Origin: Ionaspis alba
Lineage: Eukaryota
Assembly: GCA_964255285.1 (NCBI GenBank)
Contig: CAXUUL010000035.1
Location: 1 to 51,100 of the forward strand
Direction: 5' to 3'
DNA length: 51,100 nucleotides
Under the pieces are notes generated by a model. It ran no database searches. It was not told where the DNA came from and was given only the letters and a program-made list of their open reading frames with translations. The position numbers and the translations under genes were made by a program. This document shows, piece by piece, positions 11,581 through 29,059 of this stretch; position 1 is the first letter of the stretch; every line of letters begins with the position of its first letter.

Positions 11581-13234
11581 AGGGGAGTAGTTAGGACTCG
11601 AGCAATAGCGTCGCGATGATCGACGGACTCCAAAAGTTCGAGGGAACAAATAAAGTTTCGAGGTAAAAAGACGAACGGAAAGGGCTCAAACGGTGCAAGG
11701 TCGGCAGGGTTACGCAAAGATGCTGGCGGGATCTCGAAGGATGCATGTGGGCAGCACAGAATTAGGAGCAAGTCGGCAGCCAAGGGCCGTATTATAAACT
11801 TTTGATAGGATCTCAACCCATCCCCGGAGATTTGGCGGGGAGGCGTGAGGAGGGAAAGCAACTTGCTTCTTGTGTGACCCGGAAAGGGAGAGTCTCACCC
11901 CACTACTTCAGCTTGGCCCCATCCCCAGCCCTTATCGACCCGGTCTTTGTCGAATAATCTCTGAGCAGGAGATTTCCTCCGACTGCGTCGCGGGAGTGTT
12001 TAGATTGAAGAAAGCGTCAGAGCCAACGGAACACTTCATGGAGCATTAGTTTTCGATCGGCGCGGCAACTAACGATCCTTGGTCTGTTGGCAGAGATGGG
12101 AGGGATGATGGATGCAAACATGGGGCATTTTGGGGGTTGCAGCCTCAGACACACAGGTCAGTCGGGGGAACAAGATGGGGGCTAGGAGGTGCGGGAGCGG
12201 CTGTGGAGCGAGGTGGATGGGGTGAAGGGATGGTGGTGGACGGCGCAGTTCGAGAGGCACTTTGTCTGACGCAGGGTGCTGGCCTTCCCCGGTGTAAGTA
12301 AGACCTACTTGCGCAGGTGGTGCAAGAATAGGCATAGCGAATTCTCGACTCTAAAGCCTCAGCACTGGGGAGAGAGTTGAGCGTGAAGAGAAATCAGTCG
12401 TGTGACATGAAGAAAGCTGGTAGAGAGCAACGCGACAAGATCGAGGATAGCGGTCACTACTGCCCGCCCGGGACGACGAAGCAAGGGAAACACCAACCAT
12501 TCGGGCTGATTCGTAGAGGAAATGCAAAATATCACGGCTGTCTGTGCCGCCATCGAGCAGCGGCAGTCTTCGCTCCCAAAGATCAGCCATCCCTCCCAGC
12601 ACAACTTTTTTCCCTTCAAGCGCTGCCCACTTGACGCCTCAAGCAGCAGCAAGCTAAGTATGGAACAATTTGAGTTTCCTTGACAGATTGGTAGCTTTCG
12701 GGGAATTCTTCAAGCAACGCGTGGAAAATTATCCTAGTCCCTACCCTGGCAATAATCCGTTTTCCCCAATCCTTCGTACTACTAATGAATCCTGAACTCC
12801 CCCAGTATTTCCTCTAGCTTCGGACTACCATCCACAGGACCCGGCTACGTGCAGAACGCAAATGTGGGTTGGAGTGGGTAGCGGGGCGCGCATCTCATCT
12901 ATATCTGCCAATCGATCCGTACCTCAGTCATCTGCAATACTGCATGCCCGCCATTTTCCCTCGTCGCCCTCGTGCCAAATCTGACTGAAACCAGGTTGGC
13001 GTCCCATGACGAACAGCCTGCAGTGTTCTGCACCACCCTGAACGACACTGTCTAAAGAAAAAATATTCACTCTGCTCCAGGTTTTCCTGCTCGCTGACGG
13101 GGATCTAGACCCCCCCCATACATCCGGCTGTGAATGCAGCACTCCGTCACACCGAGCAAGTCCAGGACCACCCTTCATGCACCGAAGGGCAAGAATAAAA
13201 AATAAATCCCCCAATCTTTTCCATAACATGCTAT

Positions 13235-18464
<5,230 letters not shown>

Positions 18465-18739
18465 AATCAATCAGACGTCTTCAACTCTTCTCGTGTATCC
18501 CTGCATAAGAGCCCAATCGCACGACCTCACGAGGAGCAGAAATGGCGTAGAGATGGTGCAATATCGACAAGGCGAGGATAAGCAGAAACCGTTGGATTAA
18601 TAATGCCATGCCCGCTTTAAATTCCGATGATGCGACTCAAGCGGGAAGTTCTGCCGGTAGGGCTGGTAGTCCTTGAGCCTCACCTTTCTTGGGGTTGTCG
18701 AAATGCACATTTACTACACCACCTCCAACAATGATCATT

Positions 18740-18839
18740 NNNNNNNNNNNNNNNNNNNNNNNNNNNNNNNNNNNNNNNNNNNNNNNNNNNNNNNNNNNNN
18801 NNNNNNNNNNNNNNNNNNNNNNNNNNNNNNNNNNNNNNN
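18740..18839. other. Assembly gap (100 N)
   Basis: Run of N. Confidence 0.99.
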
Positions 18840-19027
18840 AGCCATGATCTACATTCTAGCGGAACATCAAACCCCCTGTTCTAAGCTTCGGGAGACTCAA
18901 GTGCACAAGTCTTCACCGTGATAGAAGTTCAGAGACATGTTTGTATTCTCATGTACTCATATCAGATCAATATGCCCAGCGCACGTCAATGGCGCAAAAC
19001 TCGTGCTAACCTACTCACCGAATCGAA

Positions 19028-19702
19028 TCATCCAACAATCCCATCCTCGTCCACCTTGATCTCCCCACAATGTCCCTTTCCCCCGCCTATCCTTCCTCCA
19101 CAATCCTGCCGAGCGGCCTCCCTCGGCACGATATCCTCTGTCCCCAATCCGGGGAAGACAACCCCATTGCGGAGCACCGGGTGTTCACTCCGCAGCATAT
19201 CCAGGATCCCCCGATCCTGGTGGCTCCCACGCAGAGAGCCTTTCTCCCCGTCCACCGCCATCGTCGTCACATTGCCCGCCACAGCCTTGGCGATCTCCTC
19301 CAGCATCTCATCCTTCCTCGACGACCTCTTCCAGACGTCCACCAGAACCATCACATCATTGGGGCGTTCAGGTAACGCCTGCCCCTCCTTCACCACGGCC
19401 GTGCTCCACTTCTTCCCCTTTGGCCATTTCAACTCTCCCACCCACAAGGTCAGCGGCTTCACTCTCCGCTTCTTCTCATCGGAACTCGCCGCAGCGAGTT
19501 CTTTGATCCCCCGAAGTCTCCCCACGAAGTCCAAGCAGCGCTCTTCTTCGGGTCGCCACAGTCTCCGACCTTCAGTCTCGCATCCCACGAAAAAAATGAC
19601 GGGTCCGCCCACGTCATGGTTTTGGTCGTTTAGCGAGCGTGACGTGGGCGCTGCTGCCGAGAGGGCGGCAAGGAGGGGAAAGAGAAAGGTGGAGGGCTTC
19701 AT
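19028..19702 (-). CDS. Uncharacterised secreted protein (224 aa, 4 Cys)
   Basis: Single ORF with signal peptide MKPSTFLFPLLAALSAAAP; TATATATAA about 165 bp upstream. No family recognised. Confidence 0.7.
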   Translation of the reverse strand: MKPSTFLFPLLAALSAAAPTSRSLNDQNHDVGGPVIFFVGCETEGRRLWRPEEERCLDFVGRLRGIKELAAASSDEKKRRVKPLTLWVGELKWPKGKKWSTAVVKEGQALPERPNDVMVLVDVWKRSSRKDEMLEEIAKAVAGNVTTMAVDGEKGSLRGSHQDRGILDMLRSEHPVLRNGVVFPGLGTEDIVPREAARQDCGGRIGGGKGHCGEIKVDEDGIVG

Positions 19703-19864
19703 GGTGTTCTGCCCTTCTATTGGATGTCAGATCTTTCGTATTGTAGAACGTAAAGTATATTAAAGGTATGTAGATGTTTTCTTGTGTTTTGTTAGATTTG
19801 GAAAGGGGATGTACGAAGGAAGTGTGATGATGGAAAGAAATACTGAAGAGGCTCTCGAGTATCC

Positions 19865-19874
19865 TTATATATAT
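19865..19874 (-). promoter_or_regulatory. Candidate TATA box of the secreted-protein gene
   Basis: Minus strand CATATATATAAG upstream of ATG 19702. Confidence 0.4.
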
Positions 19875-20674
19875 GAGACAGGAACGTCTAAATCACTAGC
19901 TGACCGAAGTGATGCTCCAAGAGAGTCTCGACTTGGTGAAGGCTTCCATGTTAGGTGGAGCCCCACTAGGTACCTTCCTTAAGATACGCCATACCTAGGC
20001 ACAGTGCATTGGAGGAGGCTTTACTCAGGCGGTGGGGCCTTTGCCCTCGGAGCGCTGACTGGAATGGGAAAGCATTGCAAACCTAACCCAATCACAACCA
20101 GGTACAACATACTGAGGCACCGCTCGTGCACAAGTGAAGCTTAACAGGTCCTCCTCCTTGGGCGCTGCTCCACTCTGGGACCTCAGCACCATATCACGCA
20201 TATCCTGTCGGTGCTGTACTTCGGCCATTCGATTCATATTCTTGGCCTCACGGAATTGCTCAACCAGTTCGATGACGATCTATCGCGCCTCTTAAGGGTG
20301 GAGTATTTTGTAGCGCTCTTCAGAGGTAGATTGGCTTCGTTGTCTTTGTCGCTAGTTACCCCTTCGATTATCGCATCATGCTTCGATGTGGGGAGAGACG
20401 GACTTGGCACAGCACAATACGCTATTATGTGGATTTTGGGAAAGCTTGGCTGTAAGTTTCCATGGTCCTTCTGTACAGGCGAAAGCGAAAAAGTGTGACT
20501 TGAGCTTTATAGAACGTAATGAGCGAGATGGTCTCTGCAAAAAGAATGACTTCTAAGTTCGAGATGTCATGTGCTAGCTTATTTCCTACTTCCACGTCGA
20601 GATCTCACAAAGATGCTTTGCAGTTCTCTCCGGTTCTGCTTTTGACCTTACCAAAATTCACATGGTATCTCCGT

Positions 20675-20774
20675 NNNNNNNNNNNNNNNNNNNNNNNNNN
20701 NNNNNNNNNNNNNNNNNNNNNNNNNNNNNNNNNNNNNNNNNNNNNNNNNNNNNNNNNNNNNNNNNNNNNNNNNN
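20675..20774. other. Assembly gap (100 N)
   Basis: Run of N. Confidence 0.99.
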
Positions 20775-20801
20775 ACCACTTGCAAGCAATTGGCTGAAAG
20801 C

Positions 20802-23740
20802 TTAGTCCGCCTTCGCCTTCTCTATCTTCTCATCCTCCACATCGTCCATCTCAATCTCCGGCTGATAGTCTCCCAGTGCATATTCTCCTGCCCCGACCCC
20901 CGTTCCTCCTGGCACAATACCCATCCCACTTCCTCTTTGCTCCATTTCTTGATCAAGATCATGATCATCACCAAGAAGGTCGACGCTGTTGTACGATATA
21001 TTCGATGGATCCACAGTGGTGTCTTCGACGGAAAGACTGATAGGAACCATGTCATCGTAGTTGGAGGCAGCGCCACTCTTATTTCGGAAGGCGGAAGAGC
21101 GGGGTGGAGCAGGCGGTGGTTTGCTCCTGGTATAGGTTGGTGGTGGTGGCTGCATTGGATACTGGACTGGTCCTAGAGGAGGAGTTTCGTCTCTGAAACC
21201 ACCCCAATTAGGTTGCACATCAGATGTTAGATCTCCGTAGTCGTCCTCAGCTTTGCGCTTTGGTGGCGTCGGTGGTTTCTGTGATTTAGCTTTCTCCAGT
21301 TCAGCTGCAAATGCGAGGTTGTCTGTGCGCACAAAGTTCTGACGGAGAGTCAGCGGCATATTCTTGGATAGTGAGCATAGGGAAATACCCGTAATTGAGA
21401 AGGTAGATCTTTGCCTTCGTAAGCCATGGCCCTTTCATTGGCGTACACCAGCAAAACTCTTTGAGATTCGTCCTTGGCGGCTTTGAGGACTTCTATCTCT
21501 CGAAGTTTCTGTATGGGAACGATCGCATTAGCACATCGTGTCCTCCGAGGCATTATACATGTACGACATCGCTTGGCGAGTGGAAAGAGTCTACTTACAG
21601 TGTAGGTTATGGGATGAGCATCACCGCATGAATAGTTGATCTTCCACCATTGCCATTCTGCAGCCTCAATATCCATCAGGTCATCCGCTTTTTTAGGATT
21701 CGCTAGCACATAGGTTGTCTGCGGGTTTGTGGAGACGCCTCTCAGTGTGTACTTGTGATGTGGAGATTCAAAGTGCTCATTGGTTGGCTGCGTGTATAAT
21801 TTTGAGAGTTCTCGCATCTGATGCCTCGCCTTCTCCTTCGAATCTTCTAAGGCTGTGATAATAATGTCAGTACTATAGTCTATATGAGACAGTTGATCTA
21901 CTGACCTTGGAATTTTTCTGCTATCCTCTGCGCCACAGCTTCAAGCTCTTCGATGATAGCAGAGGATGTTTTGTGAGGCCCAGTATCGACCGAGACGTCA
22001 ATAGGGCCATTCGGAACACCATTCTGACTTGGTTTCTGCCCGAAGTGGGACGTAGCAAGATTCAGTAGCTTCTCTGGGTCCAGGGACTTGATCTCAACGC
22101 CAGCACCCTTGAACTTAGTCAGACCGCTTTGCGCTCCTTCGATCCGTTTGATCTCTTTGGCCAAGGAGGCCTTTCTCAACCTCATATCTTTGGCTGTGGA
22201 AATTGATCCCTTCAGGTACCGATCCGCGTACCAAACAGGTGGTATTTTGATTCCCAGACCCGCATCACCGTCTTTTTCTTTCCAGCGGTGAGCAATTATC
22301 ACGAGAACATCCGCCACCTTGTTCAAGTAGATATCTTCGGAATATTCGTTGGGTGGGTCTGACCAAAGAGTGTTGTCCAAAGCATCGTACAGGGTTTGTC
22401 CACAGTCAACGGTTTCATCGTAGAGCGGTAGAGAAAGGGAATGGAAATCCTTGCATTCAGTACCTAGGACTGCGCTAGATTCGAATATTTCCTCAAGCAC
22501 AAAGTCAGGGGCTTCCCTTGATATGGCTGCTTGCCATTGCTCAAGGAACGCTCCTTCAGCGTCATTGATTGCTCGATTTCGAATTCCTTCCAAGTTTGCT
22601 AATACATCCGTACTCCCATAAGCACGGTCCGTTTGATCAAGAAACGCCATCAATCTTTGCGGTTCAAAGATCATTTCTTGCCAAGTGGTGTCTTCCGTCT
22701 CTTTCTCCAAATCGATAATCTTCGGAGCTTGGATTGGAACACCATCCCACCACTCACTCCCAGTACCATAGTCTGGTAGTAGGACATCTCGTGCAAGTAG
22801 TGCCTCTCTAGCCACAGGTATCTCATGCAAGATGGTGATGAGTGCAGGCAGATAGTGCCCGGCAGGTGACGGCTTAATAAAAGCTGGTGCGTTTTCATGG
22901 CGCTTACGAAATTCAGGATCTGGATTCTGCAATATCTCTTGAGCATGATGTCCAGTAGCTGTCATTGCCCATTGCGAGGTCTCGTAGTGCGAGTAGTTGT
23001 TCGCAGGACCAAAATGAGTCACTGTAGGTTCCATAACACCCATTTCTTGACCATCCACATTGTGATTCATGGACATAGCCATGGCCTTCTGAAGATCCTC
23101 ATCTTCCTGTTCTTGCGCTGTGAGTGGTTTCATTTGACCTAATACTCCATTGAACGTAAGCATCTGTACGTATAATGATAAGTAGGTATGGCCCACCTGC
23201 AGCATTGTTCGTCATCCCCCGATTGCTGACTCGGGATGGCGGACGTGATATGGTGCCGTCGAAGACAGCAGGATTGAGAGTATCCTGAGAATGGACAGTG
23301 AATGCTAGAAAATCAGTCTCGAGTCAGTTTATCCAGACGGCGCGGTTGTTGATGGTAGAACCTCAGAGAAGACCTACAGTTCTGCGGTCGGTTTTGCGGC
23401 CCGTATTCTGTTTTATCTGAATGAAAAGCTCCTTCGTCCCAAGTAAACTGCAAGGGTGTATGTCAGCCTTTGAGAGCGATTCGAAGATCCTATTCCGGAA
23501 GTTACACAAGACGAACTGACCTCCGGTTGAGGGGGAAAGACACCTCCACGGTCAAAGTAAGAGCTGATAGCATTCGAGACGACATTGTTGCTATTCTGGA
23601 AGTGGTCTCTCAGTGCTGTGCAAGCTATGGATTGGTAAATCTAGCGACTATACCCTCAGCCATTTGACAGCTACCTCCTTGGTGCTACCAACAATGCTGC
23701 TGAACTGATCGATGTCCTCAGCGCTAGGTTCGAAAGCCAT
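20802..23740 (-). CDS. UBA-like plus ubiquitin-interacting motif (UIM) protein, multi-exon (Rup1-like, tentative)
   Basis: Spliced N-terminus MAFEPSAEDIDQFSSIVGSTKEVAVKWLR|NSNNVVSNAISSYFD (UBA-like); UIM EQEDEDLQKAMAMSM; conserved LITILHEIPVAREALL, QRLMAFLD, YTLRGVST, WWKINY, LLVYANE, FVRTDN blocks in ORFs 21898-23205, 21350-21817 and 20802-21359. Confidence 0.82.
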
Positions 23741-24939
23741 ATTTGCTGGGCCTTGATCCCAAAACGGGAGTAGGAAGAGCTTGAGCAAGCTCCCACAGGC
23801 GTACAATCGCTAAGTCGAGCTGTCATTGGTAGTTTCAGACCGTAGAGTAAGTCCTTGGGGGAGAAACTTTTAGTAGACGTGGAATTGGTCACGTTTTCGG
23901 AAGCTTGAGAGCTTCATACGTCCTTGTGTCTTCGTTTGGAGCTCTTTTATAAACATTCAAGAAAGCTTGGTGGTAGCCAAAATTACGCAATCTTGAAACA
24001 TTACGGAATCGCGTGCAGAGGATCGTTCTGACTAGTCGTTATCAGGAAGATGTCGGCTATCATCGGGCCGATAAAGTTCCTGATTCCAGGCCTTAGTGGT
24101 GTAAAATGGCGAGTTAGCAATAATGGGAGGCACAAAAAATAGACTGAGCAGCTAGATTTGGCGTGCCTACTGTGATGTCCCGATAGGTTCGTGGATTTGA
24201 AAAGATGTGGAGCTGCTCATACCTCTGCATGTCATGGTGCTGGAAATCACTCTCCGTGTATCTCACTGAGCGTATACTTCGAAAGCGATAACTCGCCTTC
24301 AGAACAACAGGAGTAGGGAATCTTGATAGCTACCAAAGAATGCGAAAGCAGGCAAAGTACACTTTCCAATGCTTTAAAAAAACAAGTTTTTTCTTTCTGG
24401 CCTCCCATCACTAGCTTTGCATCAACTTCCTGATAACACGGTCAGGAGAGATTCCAGCCCACAGACGAATTTCAGACAGCTTTAGATTTGGTAATTGTGT
24501 TGATCAGGAATACATGCCTACTTGGAGACCTCAGATGACCCTAGAAGAGAGCATCTCATTTCGCACGCCATGGCATCTTCGAAATAACTATGTTCCATAA
24601 AATCCGGAGTCAAACGGTAGTTGAAAGGTGCAAACTATATGAGAGATATGTAAAACTCCGAGAAATTCGTAACCTCTCCTATACAATAGCCCGCCATGAA
24701 CGCCATCGCAAGCCACCTCTGTCGGATATCTGATTAGTATCGGTGTAGTACGCCTCCTGTCACCGAAAATGCGTTTGTAGATCTCCGCCTGAACACCACC
24801 GCCATGCCAAGTTCCAGAATTGAGACTGAGAAATATAGAGCCGAAAAAAAGTGGCAAGGAAGTGGTATATAATCCGAGACCCGCTGTGGAAAGAGTGGGC
24901 GAAGATCATTTCCTCATGGCGCCTAAGAGGTCGATAATA

Positions 24940-25774
24940 CTACTTCTCTTCGAGAACTGTGTCTTCCTCGTCGTTGCCATCGTTGTCGCCCATCTCATCA
25001 TCATCACCTTCCTCCTCGTCTTCCTCTTCTTCGTCACCTTCGCCTTGTGTCATCTCCGCGTCTGTGTCGCTGCCTCCAAATCCATTGTCCTCATCGCTGT
25101 CATACCAGAAATCTTTGTCGTCGTTCTTCTCCGCCTGGTGAGTGTGCAAGTCATGGTCTGGCATGACAAAGCCTTCGGGCATGTCGGCCTTCGATGCTTC
25201 CACATCTTTATGTACAAGCGTCTTGAAGTTCTCCGGGTCTTTGCGCAGCATGACACCCGCATCCACGTTGGCTGGCGAGGAACATTCGGCGTCGTCGAGA
25301 AGTGAGATAATCGATAGTAGAACGGACTCTACACGTTGTGCAGGTGTCCAGCGCTCTGCAGCGGTCTCCCCGGACATCTCATCTTCTCCAGGTGCGTGGA
25401 GTATCGAGATACACAGCTTACCATCCTTGTAGATATTTGGATGATAGAGCGGACGCACAAAGCGGAAGTCTTCGCCGTCGTTAGCTTAGACAATATTTGA
25501 GATTTGCTGTCGCGGGGAATTTACCAGGAGGGTTGTAAGGATAGTTCTTCGGAAAGTTCATTTTCGCCTTGAAGTATCCCCCATAGTAAAGTGAATCGGG
25601 GTTAAGCACTAGCAAGGCAATATTCCAGTCAAAGACGTTGTCGTTGTTCAGCTAACCATACCATTAGCATTTCGCAAAGGAGTTGTTCCTAACACGTGAA
25701 ATTTTTACTTCAACATTAACCCACTTCTCCTTCGACAGCATCTTGTACTCGTTCATGAGAATCCGCTCCGCCAT
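24940..25774 (-). CDS. CDC34: Ubiquitin-conjugating enzyme E2, Cdc34/Ubc3 type, 3 exons
   Basis: MAERILMNEY...|LNNDNVFDWNIAL...YYGGYFKA...HPNIYKDGKLCISILH with acidic loop insertion (APGEDEMSGE), SPANVDA, and a long acidic C-terminal tail. Confidence 0.9.
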
Positions 25775-26244
25775 ATTAGGAAATGCCAGCGACCGTCTTG
25801 GATTGTGGTCTGAAAATGAGTAGGGACCAGACTGAGGTTGAGTATGTGGACGTTTTGACCTTGAGGCTAGGTTGAGATGTGTCAAGTGCAAAGTTATGTC
25901 GTTATTTCAAACTGTGATTGGTGTTGAGGAGTAGCTGAGATAATTAGAAGAGAGGCTGAATCTTTCCACGAGATCCAGTGGCGGTCAGTGTCAGCAGTAC
26001 ATGGTGGGCGATCGATCACGTAGGTGGTTATAATTCTAGGTCAAGGTGTTCAGCAGGCCGAGGCGTGGGAACATGATGAATGACGATAAGCAGATCGGAA
26101 AATCTTGTCCTCCGATTATCAGTTCCCGAGGTGCCGAAATCTATTCCTTAGAGGGCTAGATCCGAGGAACAGATCAAGAATGGTATGGTAGCGAAATACT
26201 CGGCCTAATAATTCGATATCAGTACCAGTCTAGATTATCTCTCA

Positions 26245-26389
26245 TACTTGCCGCTACAACCTTGGCACAATCCTTAGTGAAAAGGGCCCCGGGGGCCACT
26301 CGCTTACTTATAGTCCCCTATGGTTTTTAATTAGGGCCCACCTGGGCTCTTTTCACTACGGATTGTGCTAATTGTGTAGCGGCAACGAA
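26245..26389. mobile_element. MITE-like foldback element (~140 bp), possibly Tc1/pogo (Fot1)-derived and degenerate
   Basis: Inverted arms 26248-26292 and 26341-26385 match at 38/45 ungapped positions (TTGCCGCTACA....T.GCACAATCC.TAGTGAAAAG.GCCC.GG). TA on the left flank, AA on the right. Confidence 0.7.
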
Positions 26390-26618
26390 ACATTTGACAT
26401 GAGCCTCGACTCCTGTTGAATGAGATGAAGCTTGGCACCATAAGCAATTGAATTTATGGTGGACACATGTCTAGCATTGATCACATTCTGTCTTGCGACT
26501 GATTGTATGGTATGCTGCGAATGTCTAATCTAGTCAAGCCTCAATTTCGGCCTGCTACTCAAACCTCATTGAGACATGGATCCTACAACAATCCAGGCCC
26601 TGATGTGGATTTTTTGAG

Positions 26619-28723
26619 CTACGGTGTAAGGTTCTCCTTTCCGCACGACACGGACTTTTGACGTTCTGCATTCCTCTGCTCAAGCCTTAATTTTGCGGCA
26701 GCAGCACGGTCGGGAGGTAGTGGAGTTCGTGTACTCATACTGCTTGCACGACTGCTGGGCGCTAAGAGGCTTGTAGTTTTTCGATTGAGACCAATCAGAC
26801 CACTCAAAGGACTTGGTCTGAGTGGCGGACCCATCACCTTCGCTGTTGCTATGCTGTCGATTGCATTATTCGCAATTAGATGGGGTGGATGTAGTGACGC
26901 AGGAAGATCGGCCAGAGAAAATGGACTTTTCTCTCTATTGACAGCAAGTACAAAACTCGATTCCTTCATCTGCGAAGGGTCAACCAGCTTTGAGTTTTGC
27001 TCTCGCTCAAGAGTTTTGAAGCTATATGTATGTCCAGGATCACTGATAGTCTGGTTCAACCTTGCTGGTGGAGCGTTAAGTTGGCTTCGTGTCGTTTGCC
27101 TCGAGGCTTGAGTCCTAGGGAGCGTCGCCGCATTCGCCTGTTCTTTGCCAGTATTGAGAGTAGGTCCTACTAGGTCGTTCCAAATGTCGATACTTTCTGA
27201 CATTATCGAGTCCTTCTGCTGCCGTACACTCAGTCCTCCGGTGGTGGGGTCCTGATCTCTAGATTGCAAGTGACTACCTGAATCTTGTGTGCTCAGCTGA
27301 AGTCGCTGTATGTCGTCCCGAGCTTGGCGGAGTTGCTTCTTCAGTGTCTGCTTTTGCGCTTCTGCCTTCTCATCTTTTCGCTTTCGTCTCTCTTCCCTGG
27401 CCTGGTGCCGGATCTCGTAGCCCTTCATCTCTTGCTTGACCCTTGCCAATGTGCTCTTGAGAGCTTCATTTTCTCTTTCGAGCTCCGCAACTTTAATACC
27501 AGCACTTGCGGCAACTTCTTGTAGTTTGACCAAGTCATCAGCGTCAGTATTAGTGTGAGCAGTGACAAGTTGTTGCTCTTCGCTCCTCGCTTGCTTTGGT
27601 ATATCTGCTCTGCCATGCTCGTTGGTTGCTGCGGACTCTAGACTGGTCCGCGCTATTGCTTGTTGATACCTCTGCGCCTTCTGCTTACACCTCAATACCT
27701 GTGCCGTTTGTGTTGCGAGCTCACTCAATAAAGCACCCGATGGACTTGGATTATCTTTTGTTTGCTTATCCGCAAGCTGGGCGGCCAATTCGGAAACCCG
27801 TGATTCCATCTCGTCCACTCTCTGAAGCGCCTTTTGCAACTTTGCGCTCAGAGATGTAGTCTCACGGTCTTTCTTAGCAGCATAAGATTTGGTAACCTGA
27901 TTGTGCTGTATGAGCTTCCGCATCTCTCTCTTAGAAGCTTCGTGATCCCGTTGATATTCTCTCTTCCAGTGTTGACCCGATTTGGAGCGGGGTTGCTTGA
28001 GGTCAATCGTGATGTCCGTGACCTCTTCCGCTATGCCCTCAGATCGGTGGTCGCATTGCTGGCTCTCAACTTCTGCTAACACACCAACAGTGGGATCCGA
28101 GTCTGACGACTTTTCCCGTGTTTCCACTGAAATCTTCTGGGCATCAACGAAGAGAGTCCTCCTCAAATTTGCTTGTGTTCGTTGGTCCTCTGCAGTGCCT
28201 TTCGACTGCTTTTTGCTCATCGACGCCTGCGATGTTCCGCTATCATGGTTACCATTACCAGGATTCGATAGCTGCGGATTATCCTCAAGCACCAATTTTC
28301 CGAACGATACTGTCTTCCTCCGCGCTGCTCCAGTACCTGGTGTCAGGAGGATACCTTTCGTGGGAGATGTCAACGGCGCTAATCTGGTGGTAGAAGTATT
28401 TCCAATCGCTTGAATTGAATTAGGTCTCTGTGGTGTTGTCCCCTCCACCAGTTTATCCGCTTCTATTCTTGCATACGGTCCACCTTCCTCGAGTTCAGAT
28501 TCATGGTCGGCCGGAGCGGCGGGCGTTCCAAAGATTGCGGTCTTGAAAGCTCGTACCGCAAAGAGATGCGCTGGTGTTTCAGGCGGTTCGTCATTCGTGT
28601 TGTGGTCATCCCCTACGAAGATATCAGAAATACTAGAAAACCCTTGTCGGGATTGGGATTCAGACCTTGAGGATTCCCTCTAGGAGGTGGAGGCAGTGCG
28701 CCGCCTGTCAGCCAATCTAGCAT
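26619..28723 (-). CDS. cut12: Spindle pole body-associated Cut12-domain coiled-coil protein, 2 exons
   Basis: MLDWLTG start, EPPETPAHLFAVRAFKTAIFGTP, SPTKGILLTPGTGAARRKTVSF, DITIDLKQPRSKSGQHWK, KSYAAKKD, C-terminal LPPDRAAAAKLRLEQR. Confidence 0.88.
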
Positions 28724-29036
28724 TATAGATGAGCTCAAACAAATCTATGAGTTGGTATCTAGAGATCCATGAACGTAAACACAATGTGCTACAAAGCTCA
28801 AATAATGTACACAGGTGAAGGGTCCCGATCGCTGTCGCGTTTGTTTACCTCGGGAGATCAGCGGCAAGGATTATTGAGACGAGGTCCATGTGGTCCAAGC
28901 TCATTGTTCACATATAGAATTTCTTGGCACCTTCCCTCACGTCTGTTTTTCTCGTATGTGGGGAATTTCGCATAACACAGTATAGCTGCTTGCGAGGAAC
29001 ATGCTACTCTTCGAACTATCATTGCTAGTAGCCACC

Positions 29037-29057
29037 ATGTGGCATTCCAACCCCTAA
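29037..29057 (+). promoter_or_regulatory. Candidate uORF (MWHSNP*) immediately upstream of the GCN2 ATG
   Basis: GCCACC-ATG TGG CAT TCC AAC CCC TAA-ac-ATG(29060). Confidence 0.5.
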
Positions 29058-29059
29058 AC

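Noticed and set aside
11484..13229. Several 60-125 aa ORFs in the long intergenic region
   Set aside because: No homology cues, splice pattern or coding-like composition.
18918..19763. 281-aa + strand ORF
   Set aside because: Antisense shadow of the GC-rich secreted-protein gene; non-ATG start.
24820..25305. Hydrophobic 161-aa + strand ORF
   Set aside because: Antisense reading of the CDC34 acidic tail codons (GAR/GAY give Phe/Leu/Val/Ile).
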